DNA from: Gonapodya sp. JEL0774
Lineage: Eukaryota
Assembly: GCA_027604505.1 (NCBI GenBank)
Contig: JADIIX010000147.1
Span: 1-53,987 of the forward strand
Direction: 5' to 3'
DNA length: 53,987 nucleotides
Of the stretch, positions 12,608 through 23,952 are shown one piece after another. Made by a program: the position numbers and the translations under genes. Position 1 is the first letter of the stretch. Each line of letters begins with the position of its first letter. The notes under the pieces are model-generated. The model was not told the origin of the DNA and did no database searches. It worked only from the letters and a program-made list of their open reading frames with translations.

Positions 12608-13989
12608 TCACGCGTCACTAATGCTCGCGGCACCCATATTTTTGGGTCCAAAGCTGCCGCCAGCAGGGAGTTTCATGTCAAGTTGAAGCCCAGAACCGGA
12701 ACGGTCTGCAAGATCTCCTCGACTTCCCTTTGAGGTCATTTTGGATGCAGATGGTGTTCGGTTTACTCTATGAGATTCTGATCCTGAATGCGTAACAGTT
12801 CTGCGGATCTCGTTCGCAAAGGCTTTTGTGTAGGTGCAGTACACCAGATCGTGAATGATCTGTGATCCAAAAACGAGTATGAAAAAGTACACTGGCTTGT
12901 CGGCAATCTAACAATATTATCAATAGAGTTGTAGAGGAGAAGTGATTGGATCGTGCGGTATGTTGACTGTTGCCAACATGACACTCACGAGGGATCTTAA
13001 ACCAAACTGAATTGCGTCAATAATCATAACTGCAGTACTATTCCCAAAAAGCGTCATTGTTGCATCCATTTTTGATGAGACCTTGGGCCCAGAATTTTGT
13101 TGCCGTTGTGTCGCCGAATTTGGGTTGGTGAGCGCTGCTCTCCCAACAGCCAGTTTTCGGATGTAGAGAATGTGCAAACCAATGTACAAAATCATCTGGA
13201 TAACGATGAAGGCTTGAGAGGTAGGCTGAAATGCTGTCCCCCATCCTCGACTCATGGGCGCGCACAGAAGTGGAAGAGGTCGCACGCCAAACATGGAAAA
13301 GCAAAAACTTGGAGGAGCAATAAGTCGTGATACGGTGTGGTGGCATGGCGTTGTTTTGGATTTGAGGTAAGTAACTGTGTTCAGCAAATGAAAGCACGCA
13401 TGCACTTGTGACAACAATACCAACCCTTCAAAGGTAACGGAGGATGCAACCATAGAGAGTACCATGACTCCAAGTACCATTCTGTTCCTATTAGACAATG
13501 CCCAGATACGGAGACAGTACGTGCACCACTTCCCAAGCATTCCGACAAAGTAGAAGTGACAACCCACTCTGCGCCAGCGGCGGAGGGGAACTCCGTGTTA
13601 GCAGAGCGGGCGAAGCCCCTGCTGGAATATGATCAGTGAGCTCACGCTAATCCCGGATTGCAGTCGTAGGAGTTTGTTATGAATACTATCAGTGGCGAAA
13701 TCATGGAACATATCAGAGAAACCAAGCTGATGACTTTCAAGTTGAAGGGAAAGAAGTTCATGTCTTGCACAAAAGTAGCCAAAACCACAACCTGGGCAAT
13801 GAAACTATGATTGGGGAAGTGATGAGTGGAATGAACAGCCAAGGTAAAGCTTCAATACCAATGAAAGGTAGGTTTGACCGCACGAAAGAGTTGAGTAGCA
13901 AACCTTGCGAGAATGATGGAGTTAGCATAAACTTGGACCGATGTGGAATCATCTACAACGTCGGCACGATCAGGGAGGAATGAGTCCAT
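12608..13989 (-). CDS. Orphan multi-pass (probably 7TM, GPCR-like) membrane protein
   Basis: Spliced model MDSFLPDRAD...YDCNPGLA|VGCHFYFVGMLGKWCTYCLRIWAL... with about 7 hydrophobic segments, a Cys before predicted TM3, an LRIWAL end to that helix, and a Ser-rich C-terminal tail (ORF 12608-12892). Confidence 0.65.
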
Positions 13990-14163
13990 TCTTGGGTTTG
14001 TGTTCGGCTTCGGTGTGCGTGCGACAGATCAAATGGACCCTGGCGATCAGGCAGTCGAACCAAAGCAATAAATCGATCACTCAAGTAGGTGCATCTGAAC
14101 TACACAATTGAAGCATCAGAGTTTCAAGTATTCCAAGTACGCATATGTTTGAGAATGCGTATA

Positions 14164-15330
14164 TCATGATATATCCAATTGTCCACCATTTAGCCAAGCC
14201 ATGGCCCCTGCGAGGCTCGTTTTTGCGTAAACAGGAGTCCCCAATGTGATATGTGAAAAGCACAAATTCTCCTCGTGTAGCAGCATTGCCTTATCCTCCG
14301 CAGAGTCTGTCCGATCGTCATCGGGGAAGTACACTCTCGAATCTAGTGAGGCACATTCATTCGACTGGGGCTCCAGGTTCTCAATTTCCACGGGTTTTAT
14401 CATAACTTTCACGATTTGTAAGATTGGTGCGGTCAAGCAGTGAGCGTCTACGATTCTCTGCTCGGTTGTGGTTGCGAGAAACTGATCAGGACGTCTCACA
14501 TAGACCGGAAAGTGCCCATCCAAGTCAGCGAGATGTGCTTGAGGCATGGGTGTTGGGTAAGCAGTGTCCTTTTCTGACAATGGCGAAGGTGCATATTGGT
14601 TCGAAACAACGGCGACAGGCAGGCGACGCCCTGCGCCTAAGCTCCGAGCTCTTTCAGCGTTACGTATCCTAGCAGTAGAGTGTAACAGAGGATAGAAGGT
14701 TTGAGGAATTGAAGGAGAGTCTGGGGTTTCACAGTTTCAGAAATGCAAACGACTCTGAAAAATCGACTAGTCTCACAGACGAGCAACACCCCATCAACTG
14801 GCGTTTCTACTCCCTCGTCATCAAAACGTTTTGGTCCGATACAAGCCACCAGACCGTCGATAGCGAGATAAAATTGAGTCCCCGGCACATCAAAGAGAAC
14901 CAAAATAAATGGGCGATGTGATGTTCGCAGCAAGAAGATAAACGACTTGGACCATGCGCTGATAGGAATCAGCTGCGAGAATCGAGTCGTGGAACATCCG
15001 GGAAGATGGCTCAAAGATGACATGAGGTGCGAAATGTAGCTGGTCTTGAAAGTAACATGATCATCGCAGTGATCGCCTTCCAATCTCATCAATGCCCACC
15101 TTTCCCACATTAAGTAAACCCATCACAGCGATTCTAATGACCGGCAAAGTTGAGAGTCCCGAGTTCAGCAGCTTCATTGGGCTGGCCACGGGTTCATCTC
15201 GCGGGGCAGAAGAATCGCCATTTTCGATGAGAGCAATCGCCGTTGATGCACGGGAAGCGAGAATAACTCGAAGAGCAAGGGAGAAGAGCGTTCTCTCAGA
15301 ACGCAACGAGGGCGGAGAAACGTTCTCCAT
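14164..15330 (-). CDS. Atypical Ras-superfamily small GTPase, CPLANE2/RSG1-like
   Basis: Intron 15045-15099 joins RIAVMGLLNVGK|TSYI (G1, GxxxxGKT). FDVPG is G3. Intron 14721-14776 gives DGVLLV|YSPSIPQTF..TARI. Degenerate G4 region LPVAVVSNQY. The last exon merges into ORF 14164-14580. Confidence 0.75.
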
Positions 15331-15812
15331 CGGGATGTAAAGGAAGGATTATATGCTTGCAGTATGGCTGGACGCTGCAACAATACTCAGTTCTCTGGGT
15401 GATCGGGATAACTCTGATAGTATTTCTATGCATGCAGATCGTTTATCGTCAGAACAGCAGCTCCTTAGAATAATATTGGAGTATCTGGTCATTTCGCTTT
15501 GGACCTCTGGGCTTGCTTTCTGCATTCTCCCCAGACGGGTGCTTCTGGGGCCCACTTTCTCTGCTGCTGCTCAAAAAAAGCTACATGTTGTTGTATCAAG
15601 TTTGACATGGACCGCGGTATCCAGGAACGCAAAGGCTTTGGGGTATTTGAATCTTGTCGACGACGGAGGCGGGATAACAGGAGGTTTCGCGAAAGCTGCA
15701 GTTGCGTCGCGAGCAATGGGAGGTGTGGAGTGGACCGAGTGGTAATAGCGTACGCTGAAGCGACAATGGAGGTGCAAAGTGAGTGCGGCGTTTGGAAGCT
15801 TTTACCTCAAAG

Positions 15813-17160
15813 TCACCACGCACTTTTAAACACGTCCGCTTCCTCAGAAACCATTTCTGACCACGTTCTCCTTGCTTCAATGGCACGCTTCAGTTTGTCT
15901 CGCCTCATAGCATTCGCAAGGTCCACCATTTTGGACAGCAAGTTTGCTGACGTCACCCTCGGAGGAGATGAAACGCTGCGGTGTGGTCCGTTGCATATCT
16001 GGCATTGTGAACGCTCACTCTCGACGACACTGCTCGATGACTGGAGAGCGGGTGTGGTGGGGCGTTCTACCTGGGGGGTTGTGCTGCCATTCAGTCTTGA
16101 AACCTTGTGCAGTATCACGCTCAGTCGTGATTCTGCGACAAGAGACACTGGCGGGCAAACGAGCTTGGAACATGGGATGGCTTCGACTGGGACAACGTTT
16201 CGACGTCTGTTTTCGTGAACGCACAAACAAACGGAAGTCAGTCGATTCCCACCAGTTCATTCATGGTCACACTTCGGTGCATTTTGTAAACACAACCGCA
16301 CTCACCTAATCTCATCGATACTTGGTCTCCTTCGTAGGGACCACTCTATCTTGCCTTGTACCAGCTTTCGCCACAACCTCTTCCTTGCTTCCCACTGCCT
16401 TCCCGTCCCCTCGCCCCCTATATACTCTCCCCTCGCTAGCGCCGTGAGTCCACACATGGCAAACAGAACCTCCCGAGCGACGAGCTCCTCACGCGTCGGA
16501 CGCTGAGGTGTTTTCAGTCTATTGAGCAGACGAGGTGGGTGGCGAACCGCGTAGATATACTTGTGCCAGAGTGTAGAGTCTGAGCAAAGGTAAAAGAGAC
16601 GACGGGAGCATTGTCGCAGTGTTTGCAAGTCCGTGTCTTCTACAAACTGAAGTGACAAAGGCAACGGCCAAGCAAATGAGGAAGTGGGATCTCAGCATGC
16701 ACCGAGACATTGTACGAGTCACGCGGCGTACCTGCGTTACTCTCACCAAGACCTCTTCCGGTGTCATCAACAATGGGCACAACCCATTGGGCAACGGAGT
16801 CTCTGGCAGATATCGTGCGCATGTCTCAGTGGTTACTTTAACAAATCCGAGTAAGAGATTGAATTGCATTGCGTTAGCGTCGGACTTGGAATATGTTATA
16901 AGATGAGGTGATGGAGTGGATTGGTTGGGTCCCGGACTCAAGTGCACCCCACAAGCCTCCTCTGCGGAAACCGCCTTCACGACTTTCCCACGAGAGAAAT
17001 TCGTCGGCTCTGAACTGCTTTCCGTGTCTTCGTGGTCCACAGACGTCGTCGACTTCGGCTCATCACTCTCCGCCCGCGGAAAGGCGTTCAAGTCGTCTCG
17101 TCCGTCTCCGAGCGCACTACTCGAAGACCCATCAGTGACTTCACGTTCGGAGCTGCTCAT
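15813..17160 (-). CDS. F-box protein with RPEL-like repeats, 3 exons
   Basis: F-box LLMTPEEVLVRVTQ|FVEDTDLQTLRQCSRRLFYLCSDSTLW. RPEL-like motifs RLKTPQRPTREELVAREVL and LRRRPSIDEIR|RRNVVP, with a degenerate third copy IEARRTWSEMV. Confidence 0.8.
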
Positions 17161-17732
17161 TTTCCGAAACGGTGAGGTGGGGGCAGCTGTTCGGGATTCC
17201 CCCGGCAGCCGTTGGATTTACTCCGAGCCACGGAACAAAATCGCACAAAGCAAGAGGGCTTTCCAGGACCACCTGGAGCGAGGTCAGTACGCTGATGGCA
17301 GACAGATTATGCAACTGAGCGGTTTTGAGACTTGCGGGATAAATCGGGGAGTGGTTTCGAGGTTGTCGCAATCGGTGACCGTGTGGTGTGAAGGGGCCGA
17401 TTACAGCCAAGCGAACCCTCCTCCGCCGAGCTCCAAGGCCTCAGCATCAAACTCCAGCTTTTGTTTCACCGCGACATTTCGCACGTTGGGGATAAATTTG
17501 ATTGCGATTTGCTTACAAGTAATTTGATTTTCACAGATAAAGCGGCCGTTTTCTTGACTCGCTGAGTCTATTCAGCGGCTTCATTCGGATTGCCCCCACA
17601 TGACCTATCCCCACGGCTGTTTAGGTCTGGCGCCGGATTCACAACAATCAATGAACAATTCTTGACGGTCTCCCGCACACCCTGATCACAAAATCCTGTT
17701 TGAACTTGTCCCCCCCATTTCGACCGTCGATC

Positions 17733-18499
17733 ATGGGGGACGATGGCACCTTTGAGCCAAGAGGGGATGGTGAGGGTGAGGGTGAAGATGTAAAGACTAT
17801 CACGCAACAGCAAAAGGAGCAAAGGGACATGAGATGGTCACTGCTCTTGCTGCTCTCGTTTGGAATCGCGGTATGTACGTCGTGGAACAATCGCAGTGAA
17901 AAAGGATTCAGCATCTTAACTGTCACCACCTCGGCAGATCCTCATCGCCAATATGTACTATTGCCAACCCCTCCTCGAGGACCTCCGTACCTCCTTTGGA
18001 GTGACCACGGAAGAAATCGGCACCGTCCCCGCGCTCACTCAGGGCGGGTACACCGTTGGACTCGCGTTCGTGACACCGCTGGGGGATTTGCTACCCCGAA
18101 AGGCACTCGGTGAGTTAGTAGTCATTTTCTCATGGGAGGGCCACCAATGTCAGTGCTGGGCTCGGTCTCTGGGCGCGGTCGTTTCGTCGTGAAGTCACGA
18201 GTTAGATCGACTTATTCGTACTCGCAACCATCTCTGCATCGAAATTCAACTTTCTCACTTTCTGAAACTTATTTGTCCTTCCCTATTTGATTGATTTTTT
18301 ACCTCCCACGGGCCTTTCTGACCTCTCCAGTCACATCCCTCACGGCCCTCTGCACGATTCTTACACTCGGTTTGTCCTTGTGCCGATCCCTCGCCACTTT
18401 CCAGGCTCTCTCTTTCTTGGTGGGCGCTGTTACCGTGTCCATCCACATCGTTGTGCCCGTGGTGGCAGATTTGAGCCCACCTGACAGATTCGGCAGAAA
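17733..18499 (+). pseudogene. MFS transporter, N-terminal about 4-5 TM helices only (truncated gene or assembly break)
   Basis: IANMYYCQPLL..LTQGGYTVGLAFVTPLGDLLPRK..FLVGAVTVSIHIVVPVVADLSPPDRFGR. A donor at 18500 has no downstream MFS exons. Confidence 0.75.
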
Positions 18500-18642
18500 G
18501 TGCGTACAGAAGAACAGCCATCCACGCTCCAGTGGGGCGAAGGGGAAAATTTTTGGTGACCGTTCAGGTTCGACTATTCTAACCTCTCCCACTCGCCCCC
18601 ACCCCCCCCCCCGCTCCCCCCCCACACACACACATACCACAG

Positions 18643-20033
18643 GACATCCTCCTCCTCACGGACACCGACGCCCCCCTCCCCTCCCCCGCGTGGTACGACC
18701 GGCTCCCCACGCGGCACAACCTGGTCAAGGCGTTCGAGTGGCTGGTGGACGGGGTGGGCGTGGGAGGGTCCTTGGTGTTTTACTTCAGCGGTGGGTGGGG
18801 TTGGTGGGGTACGGGGGAGGGTGAGGGTGGGTGCGGGTCGCCTGACCGTTTCATTGGCCCCCCGCGTCCCCCGCGGCAGGCCACTCCACGACCCTCCCCG
18901 ACACCGACGGGGACGAACTCGGCCTGTTCGACCAGGCCATCAAGCCGTGCGATTACTTGACCAACGGCGTCATCGTGGACGACGAAATGTACAGAGCGTT
19001 GGGTGGGTTTGCGGGGAGTGGTGGTGGTGGGCGGGAGTGGGATCAGTGGATCACTTACACATCACACTGCTGGTACGTTGCGGCACAACAACAACCCCAT
19101 CACACTACACTACACGGCCCAACACCACCACACGCCTGACACAGAAGGGAAACATCTCCGAATCCCACCTCCACCACCTCCCGGACGTCATTCAAGCGCA
19201 GGACCTGGGGCTCTCCCCCGACCAAATCCCGAGGAAGAAATCCGTGGCCAGTATCGGGGATCTCATCGGATCACAAAACGGGGCCGGCTGGGGCGGGGGC
19301 GGAGACAGCACCGCATCCACCACGGCCTCGGTCGCCGCGTCTGTCTCGTCCACGCCCCCGTCGTCACCACTCACGAAACCTTTCACCCCGGTCAACCGCA
19401 AGCGGTCCTCGCAAAAGTCCAAAGCCGCGTTCAAGGCGACGTTGGAGCTGAAACTCAGCAAGGGGTTCGCAGGGCGCGTGTCGGAGGGTCATGTGTTGCA
19501 GTTTTCGAGCTGTTTGGAGGATCAGGCGAGTGGGGAGGTCATGACAGGTACGTTTGCTTTGGGGACCGTGTGAGGATGGGTGGAGTGCGCGTCACGGGTA
19601 CTGCGATTCGATTTTCACTGATGGGTCATCTCTTACAGACGTCGGGCCTCGGAGTCTCATGACGCATGAATTCATTCACGGTGAGTCACGACGTTGGTCT
19701 GATTTTCTGTGGTGAGCGCACCAGACTTTGAAGAACTCCCGGACGCCCTGGCCCCCTGCCCCACCTTGGTGAACCCAAAAGTGATGCGAATCTTGAAACG
19801 TCCATCCTACGCACAAGTGCTCCTGGCTCTCATGGACTCGATCCAGGAGAAATACGGGGAGTTGTTTGATGACAAGCACCGGCAAGACGTTCAGATGTCA
19901 ACGGTGAGTTGGGAAAGTTGTGGTGTGCACGGACAGATCTTAGCTTTGCTGAGACTTTCTGTCACTTCTATACGTGTTTGCACCAAATCAGGCTAGACTT
20001 ATTGCTGAACTTGATATGCCATTCACTCTCTAA
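18643..20033 (+). pseudogene. Metacaspase (peptidase C14, MCA1-like), lacking the N-terminus and the catalytic-Cys exon
   Basis: LPTRHNLVKAFEWLV..SLVFYFSG|HS..DTDGDE..DQAIKPCDYLTNGVIVDDEMY. The p10 region reads VLQFSSCLEDQASG, MTHEFIH, PSYAQVLLAL..QDVQMST|..DMPFTL*. No DxCHSG segment was found. Confidence 0.8.
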
Positions 20034-20623
20034 TTTATATTGGGATCTCCCCATGCTTTCACACAAGAGATATATTTTGGGCGGGCGTTTGCATGATGTA
20101 ATGAACATAATAATGGTTATCACCTCGTTCGTAACTCACGCGAATCATTGAGATCTTCGTGATCATCTCTATAAGGTCTTGGGAACAGAGAGGGAGGCAC
20201 ACATTAAGAAACACCCGACAACACCTGATACAATGGCTGAGAAGGCTATCAGGAGGTGGAGCGACCATCTGTGGGTTGGGCCAGTTGAAGCCTGTTAAAG
20301 ACTGTCGACACCCTGTTTGTGATTTGGTAGAGGGAGGGCGAGCGTCGTGCTCCCATTCATCGCATAATTGGAATTGCGTGAACAGTAGGCTGTTGGGAGG
20401 CAGTTGCTTTCACAGCGAATCTCCTAAATTTTAGCTTTTGAAGAGGGTGAAGTTGAGCCCAGATACGCGTGTCCTTTGAAAATGTGTGGTGAGAGTCACA
20501 TCATATTGTTTGACTTTATTTTGACGTGCCAGATATTATGAGTTTCTTGATCTGAAAATTGTGCATGCAAAGGAGTCCCCCGTTGTTTTTCCTGCCTTCA
20601 ATGGATGATTTTTCACTATCCAT

Positions 20624-21552
20624 TCACGAAATAAACCGAGCAAGATCTGCGAGGGCATCCTTGCGCTTGAACTTGGAGTCTTGAACTACAGCCAGCGTCT
20701 CAGACGCGTCGGCCGCGGCATAGTTGCTCTCCCATTGAAGGTAGGTGGAGTTGTCCTGGACGATATAGCCTTAGACGATGCAAGAAGCACTCACAGACGA
20801 ACACTCGTTAGACTCACAAACGTGACACCTGACAGAGAAATTTTGTGAAGAACAGCGTGGTAGCTCGTAGGTGGGTTACTATGATGTAAGGATTGATGGA
20901 AGAGAGAACGCAACAGGTGAGGTGAGTTTACATGCGAGACTTTCACCGACTTCGATAGCACGGCTGACCTCTCGACGAGCTCAAATGTAATGGAATACTC
21001 GATATCAGATATCTCACAGACGCGATAGGTTTGTTTGGTGTTGCTACAATATATTTGGACAGGAGATTTGAGTGGAGCTATATTTTCGGGATGGGTGAGC
21101 ACAATCTCCACTCACTCCTTGAAAGTAACGACCGTAGTGTATCCAACTGCCACAATGGTACGAGAGTGTTGAATGAGAAGGGGTTAATAAGGTATAGTTA
21201 GTGAAGGAATTTAGAGACTACTCACGAAGCTGATCTTCCGACTTCTGAAGCTGAGCATTCGCGACGCTGCTCCACCATTTGAACTCCATGCTCCGAATCT
21301 CGAGAGAGAGAGAGAGAGTTATTTACGGGGAGGTACAACGGGCTACGGTTACGGAGAGTGACTCACCAATGGCCAGACCTTCCCCACTGGAGCGTTGTAG
21401 ACCCTGGATTCCTTCACGCGCGTGGAAGACTAAATGGATGAACAGAATAAAAATGCGCGTTGTGAAAACACGGTTGAGTCAGGGGTTGAATGGAAGCGAC
21501 CCGCCCGGGGCTCGAGCAACATATAGACATGAGCGAAACGGATGCAGACCAT
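20624..21552 (-). CDS. SRPBCC / Bet v1-like (polyketide cyclase-like) protein, 7 exons
   Basis: M|SSTRVKESRVYNAPVGKVWPL|IRSMEFKWW..|VGYTTVVTFKD|NTKQTYRVCEISDIEYSITFELVES|NPPTSYHAVLHKISLSGVTF|DNSTYLQWESNY..VVQDSKFKRKDALADL. All junctions are GT-AG. Confidence 0.85.
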
Positions 21553-21995
21553 TTGAGTTTGGCGAGTGCGTGAAAGATTGTGTCGTTCAGAGATCGATCG
21601 GGTCCACGAGCTCGTGTGCCGATGGATGTGCGGGACCATGCACTCTAGTAACGTGTGTCCAGAAAATGGTATATGAATATCCCTCACCACATCAATCGAA
21701 CGGAAAGAGCCTGCTGGATCACCGCAAGTAAAATTGTAATTTTTTTTATCTCGTGGTAAATGTGAAGCGTTCTAGGTGTGGCCAAGCGTTACCGCCAAAA
21801 CTCAAAGCGGGGATTTCTCTTAGATTATGATAGATGATCATTCTCTGTTAAATTTTTGGCTAGGAGAAGTATATTTTGTAACGACCTTTTTGGGATGTCG
21901 CATATATTTGCACACATTGTGCTGTATATGGGAGAATATAAAAGCACTTCCTTTTTGCTAGTCTTGGCTCTCTCTCTCTTTCATTGTCTGTCAAT

Positions 21996-23607
21996 ATGAA
22001 CATCAATCAGCACCCAGTTCTCGCTATTGCCCACGCTGGGATGGCCATTCCCCCGGAGCCAATTTCACCTATCACCGGGTGGCCAGTATGGCTTCGTCCA
22101 ATTGGAATGTCGCCAGAAGGTTTGACGCGACACACTCTTCGTCAGTGAAAACCAATCCTCACTGCCGTTGTTCTCTCCAGTGGAATACACCATTGCAGTT
22201 TGGGTTGTGGCGTGGTGAGTTCAATCGTTTCAACCCATTCGGATCTTCCTTCATCAGGTAACACGAATGCTTTTCTCTCCTTCACTGACAATCATGGTTC
22301 ATTATCTTTGAAGCACACTTGGCGCGGCAATATACACCTCGTTCATTTTGTGGGCGCGGAATGTGCCTTACAAGACTCACTCTCTCCACTATGTTATTGC
22401 ATTCTATTGCTGGGCAACCTTTGCATCCATGTTTATATCACGAATTCTAGCTGGTGGAACGGTCAGTTCATTTGTCCATAAAGACTGTCGGTTGCCTGTT
22501 CTCGAAAAACCTTAAACGTTTCATTCCCATAGAGCAAATTGTTTGTAATTGCTGGGGCGCTTCACAATATGGCAGAGTTCGTCATTTTGTTCAAGGTTAG
22601 TGAACCTCCAGAGCTTCGTTTTCTTTCTCCATTCGAGCACTTTTGAACGTGGTCTATCGTTGCTTATGTGTTCACGCAGTTCGTCGCAAAAGATGACGTG
22701 GGTTAATCAAGCCGGGCGAGTTCGCCCGTCGTCGCCAGGTGGAGTTTCTGATAATTTTATGTCAAATAGGAGAAACGCGAATGGGCAGCGTGGTGGCTTG
22801 CCACACTGCTTTACCTCACTCTCACCGTTCTTTGCCACGCGTAAGTCGGCTTCTAAAATTGTTCCAACGGCACGGCAGAGTTCACTGTTCCCCAAAATTA
22901 ATTTGTAACCAGTCTTCCGTGGCCCTTCGATGCCTTGTGGTTCAAGTTTCAGGGAATGTGAGACTTGTTCGGACGGGCGCCATTGTCCCTTTCCTTTGCA
23001 TCATTCTTACGTAATTGCACTCCCAATCTCATTGTTTTCTCTATCATTCAGGGTTGCTGACGTAGCACTTCCGATTGTTTTCTTCGCCCTGTGGAGGGTA
23101 CAAGATGTGCAACCGATTGAGTTTGTATCTGCCGCCGTTGCCGCCAAACTTCACTTCATCGGAAACGCTGTCGGTTCGATATTCGGTGGAGTTGCATGGG
23201 CGTAAGTCATTCCAGCTATGTCGCTCATAACTTGATACGATTATCTCAGTTCTGTACCTTGTTTGCACATTCGACAGCTTCTACTTCTTCACTTTTACGT
23301 ACGCGACGGCTTACCCTCTTGTGAGTTGTGTCATTGATAAATCATTGATGAAGAATCCAGCAATCGTTCCTTACGCCATTATGACTCTTGCACTTTGCAG
23401 TATGCCTACTGGGTAAACGTCACCACCGCCGCGAGACTCACCTCTTTGGAAGATGGCGAGCCTTTCATCGCTAACGGCACAGTCCCTTACGTTTTGAAAG
23501 TAATCCAGTGGCCGCAATTTACTACTCTTCAAGGGATCCTTATTTTCGTCTTAGGCGTCGTCCTCTCTGGGCTCATTATTGTCGTTGGATTGAAAGTGTC
23601 CGAGTAG
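21996..23607 (+). CDS. Multi-pass membrane protein, weakly FAR-17a/AIG1/rolling-stone-like
   Basis: Spliced 3' exons WAAWWLATLLYLTL..VALPIVFFALW..KLHFIGNAVG..FYFFTFTYATAYPL|YAYW..VPYVLKVIQW..GILIFVLGVVLSGLIIVVG. The 5' exons are uncertain. Confidence 0.5.
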
Positions 23608-23952
23608 AGCTTAAATCAAACAGTCTAACTCTAACCGTTCTTTCTTGTGCATGATATGAAATGTGGAACCCCTTTGAAAGAAAACAGTGCGAATGAGCAA
23701 TGAACCCGATGAAAGTCGGACGGTTCCTGGACACTGGAGTTCACCACCCATTTCCTGGCTCACAAGTAGTTTCTAGGATAATCTCTTAATCTGTGGAAGA
23801 GGTACAAGGCGTCCTCCTCGCCACTAGAATGCCCCGTTCGCTTTGTAGACGAGGGAATACACGGGTAGTCTTGTCAGCATGTAGGCACACCGAGCTGTTT
23901 CACCTGCCCCCCCTTCTCGATAATACGGGCAGGCGAAACCGCCACCCAATTT

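Noticed and set aside
15092..15745. Plus-strand ORFs that look protein-like
   Set aside because: They overlap the minus-strand GTPase model, which has motif and splice support. The frame is broken by a stop with only a 26-nt intron candidate.
18500..18642. Genuine MFS-metacaspase fusion protein
   Set aside because: The intron phases are incompatible (2 versus 0).
20595..20630. SECIS-like TGA..AAAA..TGA hairpin at the SRPBCC stop (some early-diverging fungi use selenocysteine)
   Set aside because: The stem is too short (about 24 nt between the GA cores), it overlaps the stop itself, and there is no selenoprotein context.
21301..21318. (GA)n microsatellite
   Set aside because: It is the ordinary polypyrimidine tract of a minus-strand intron.
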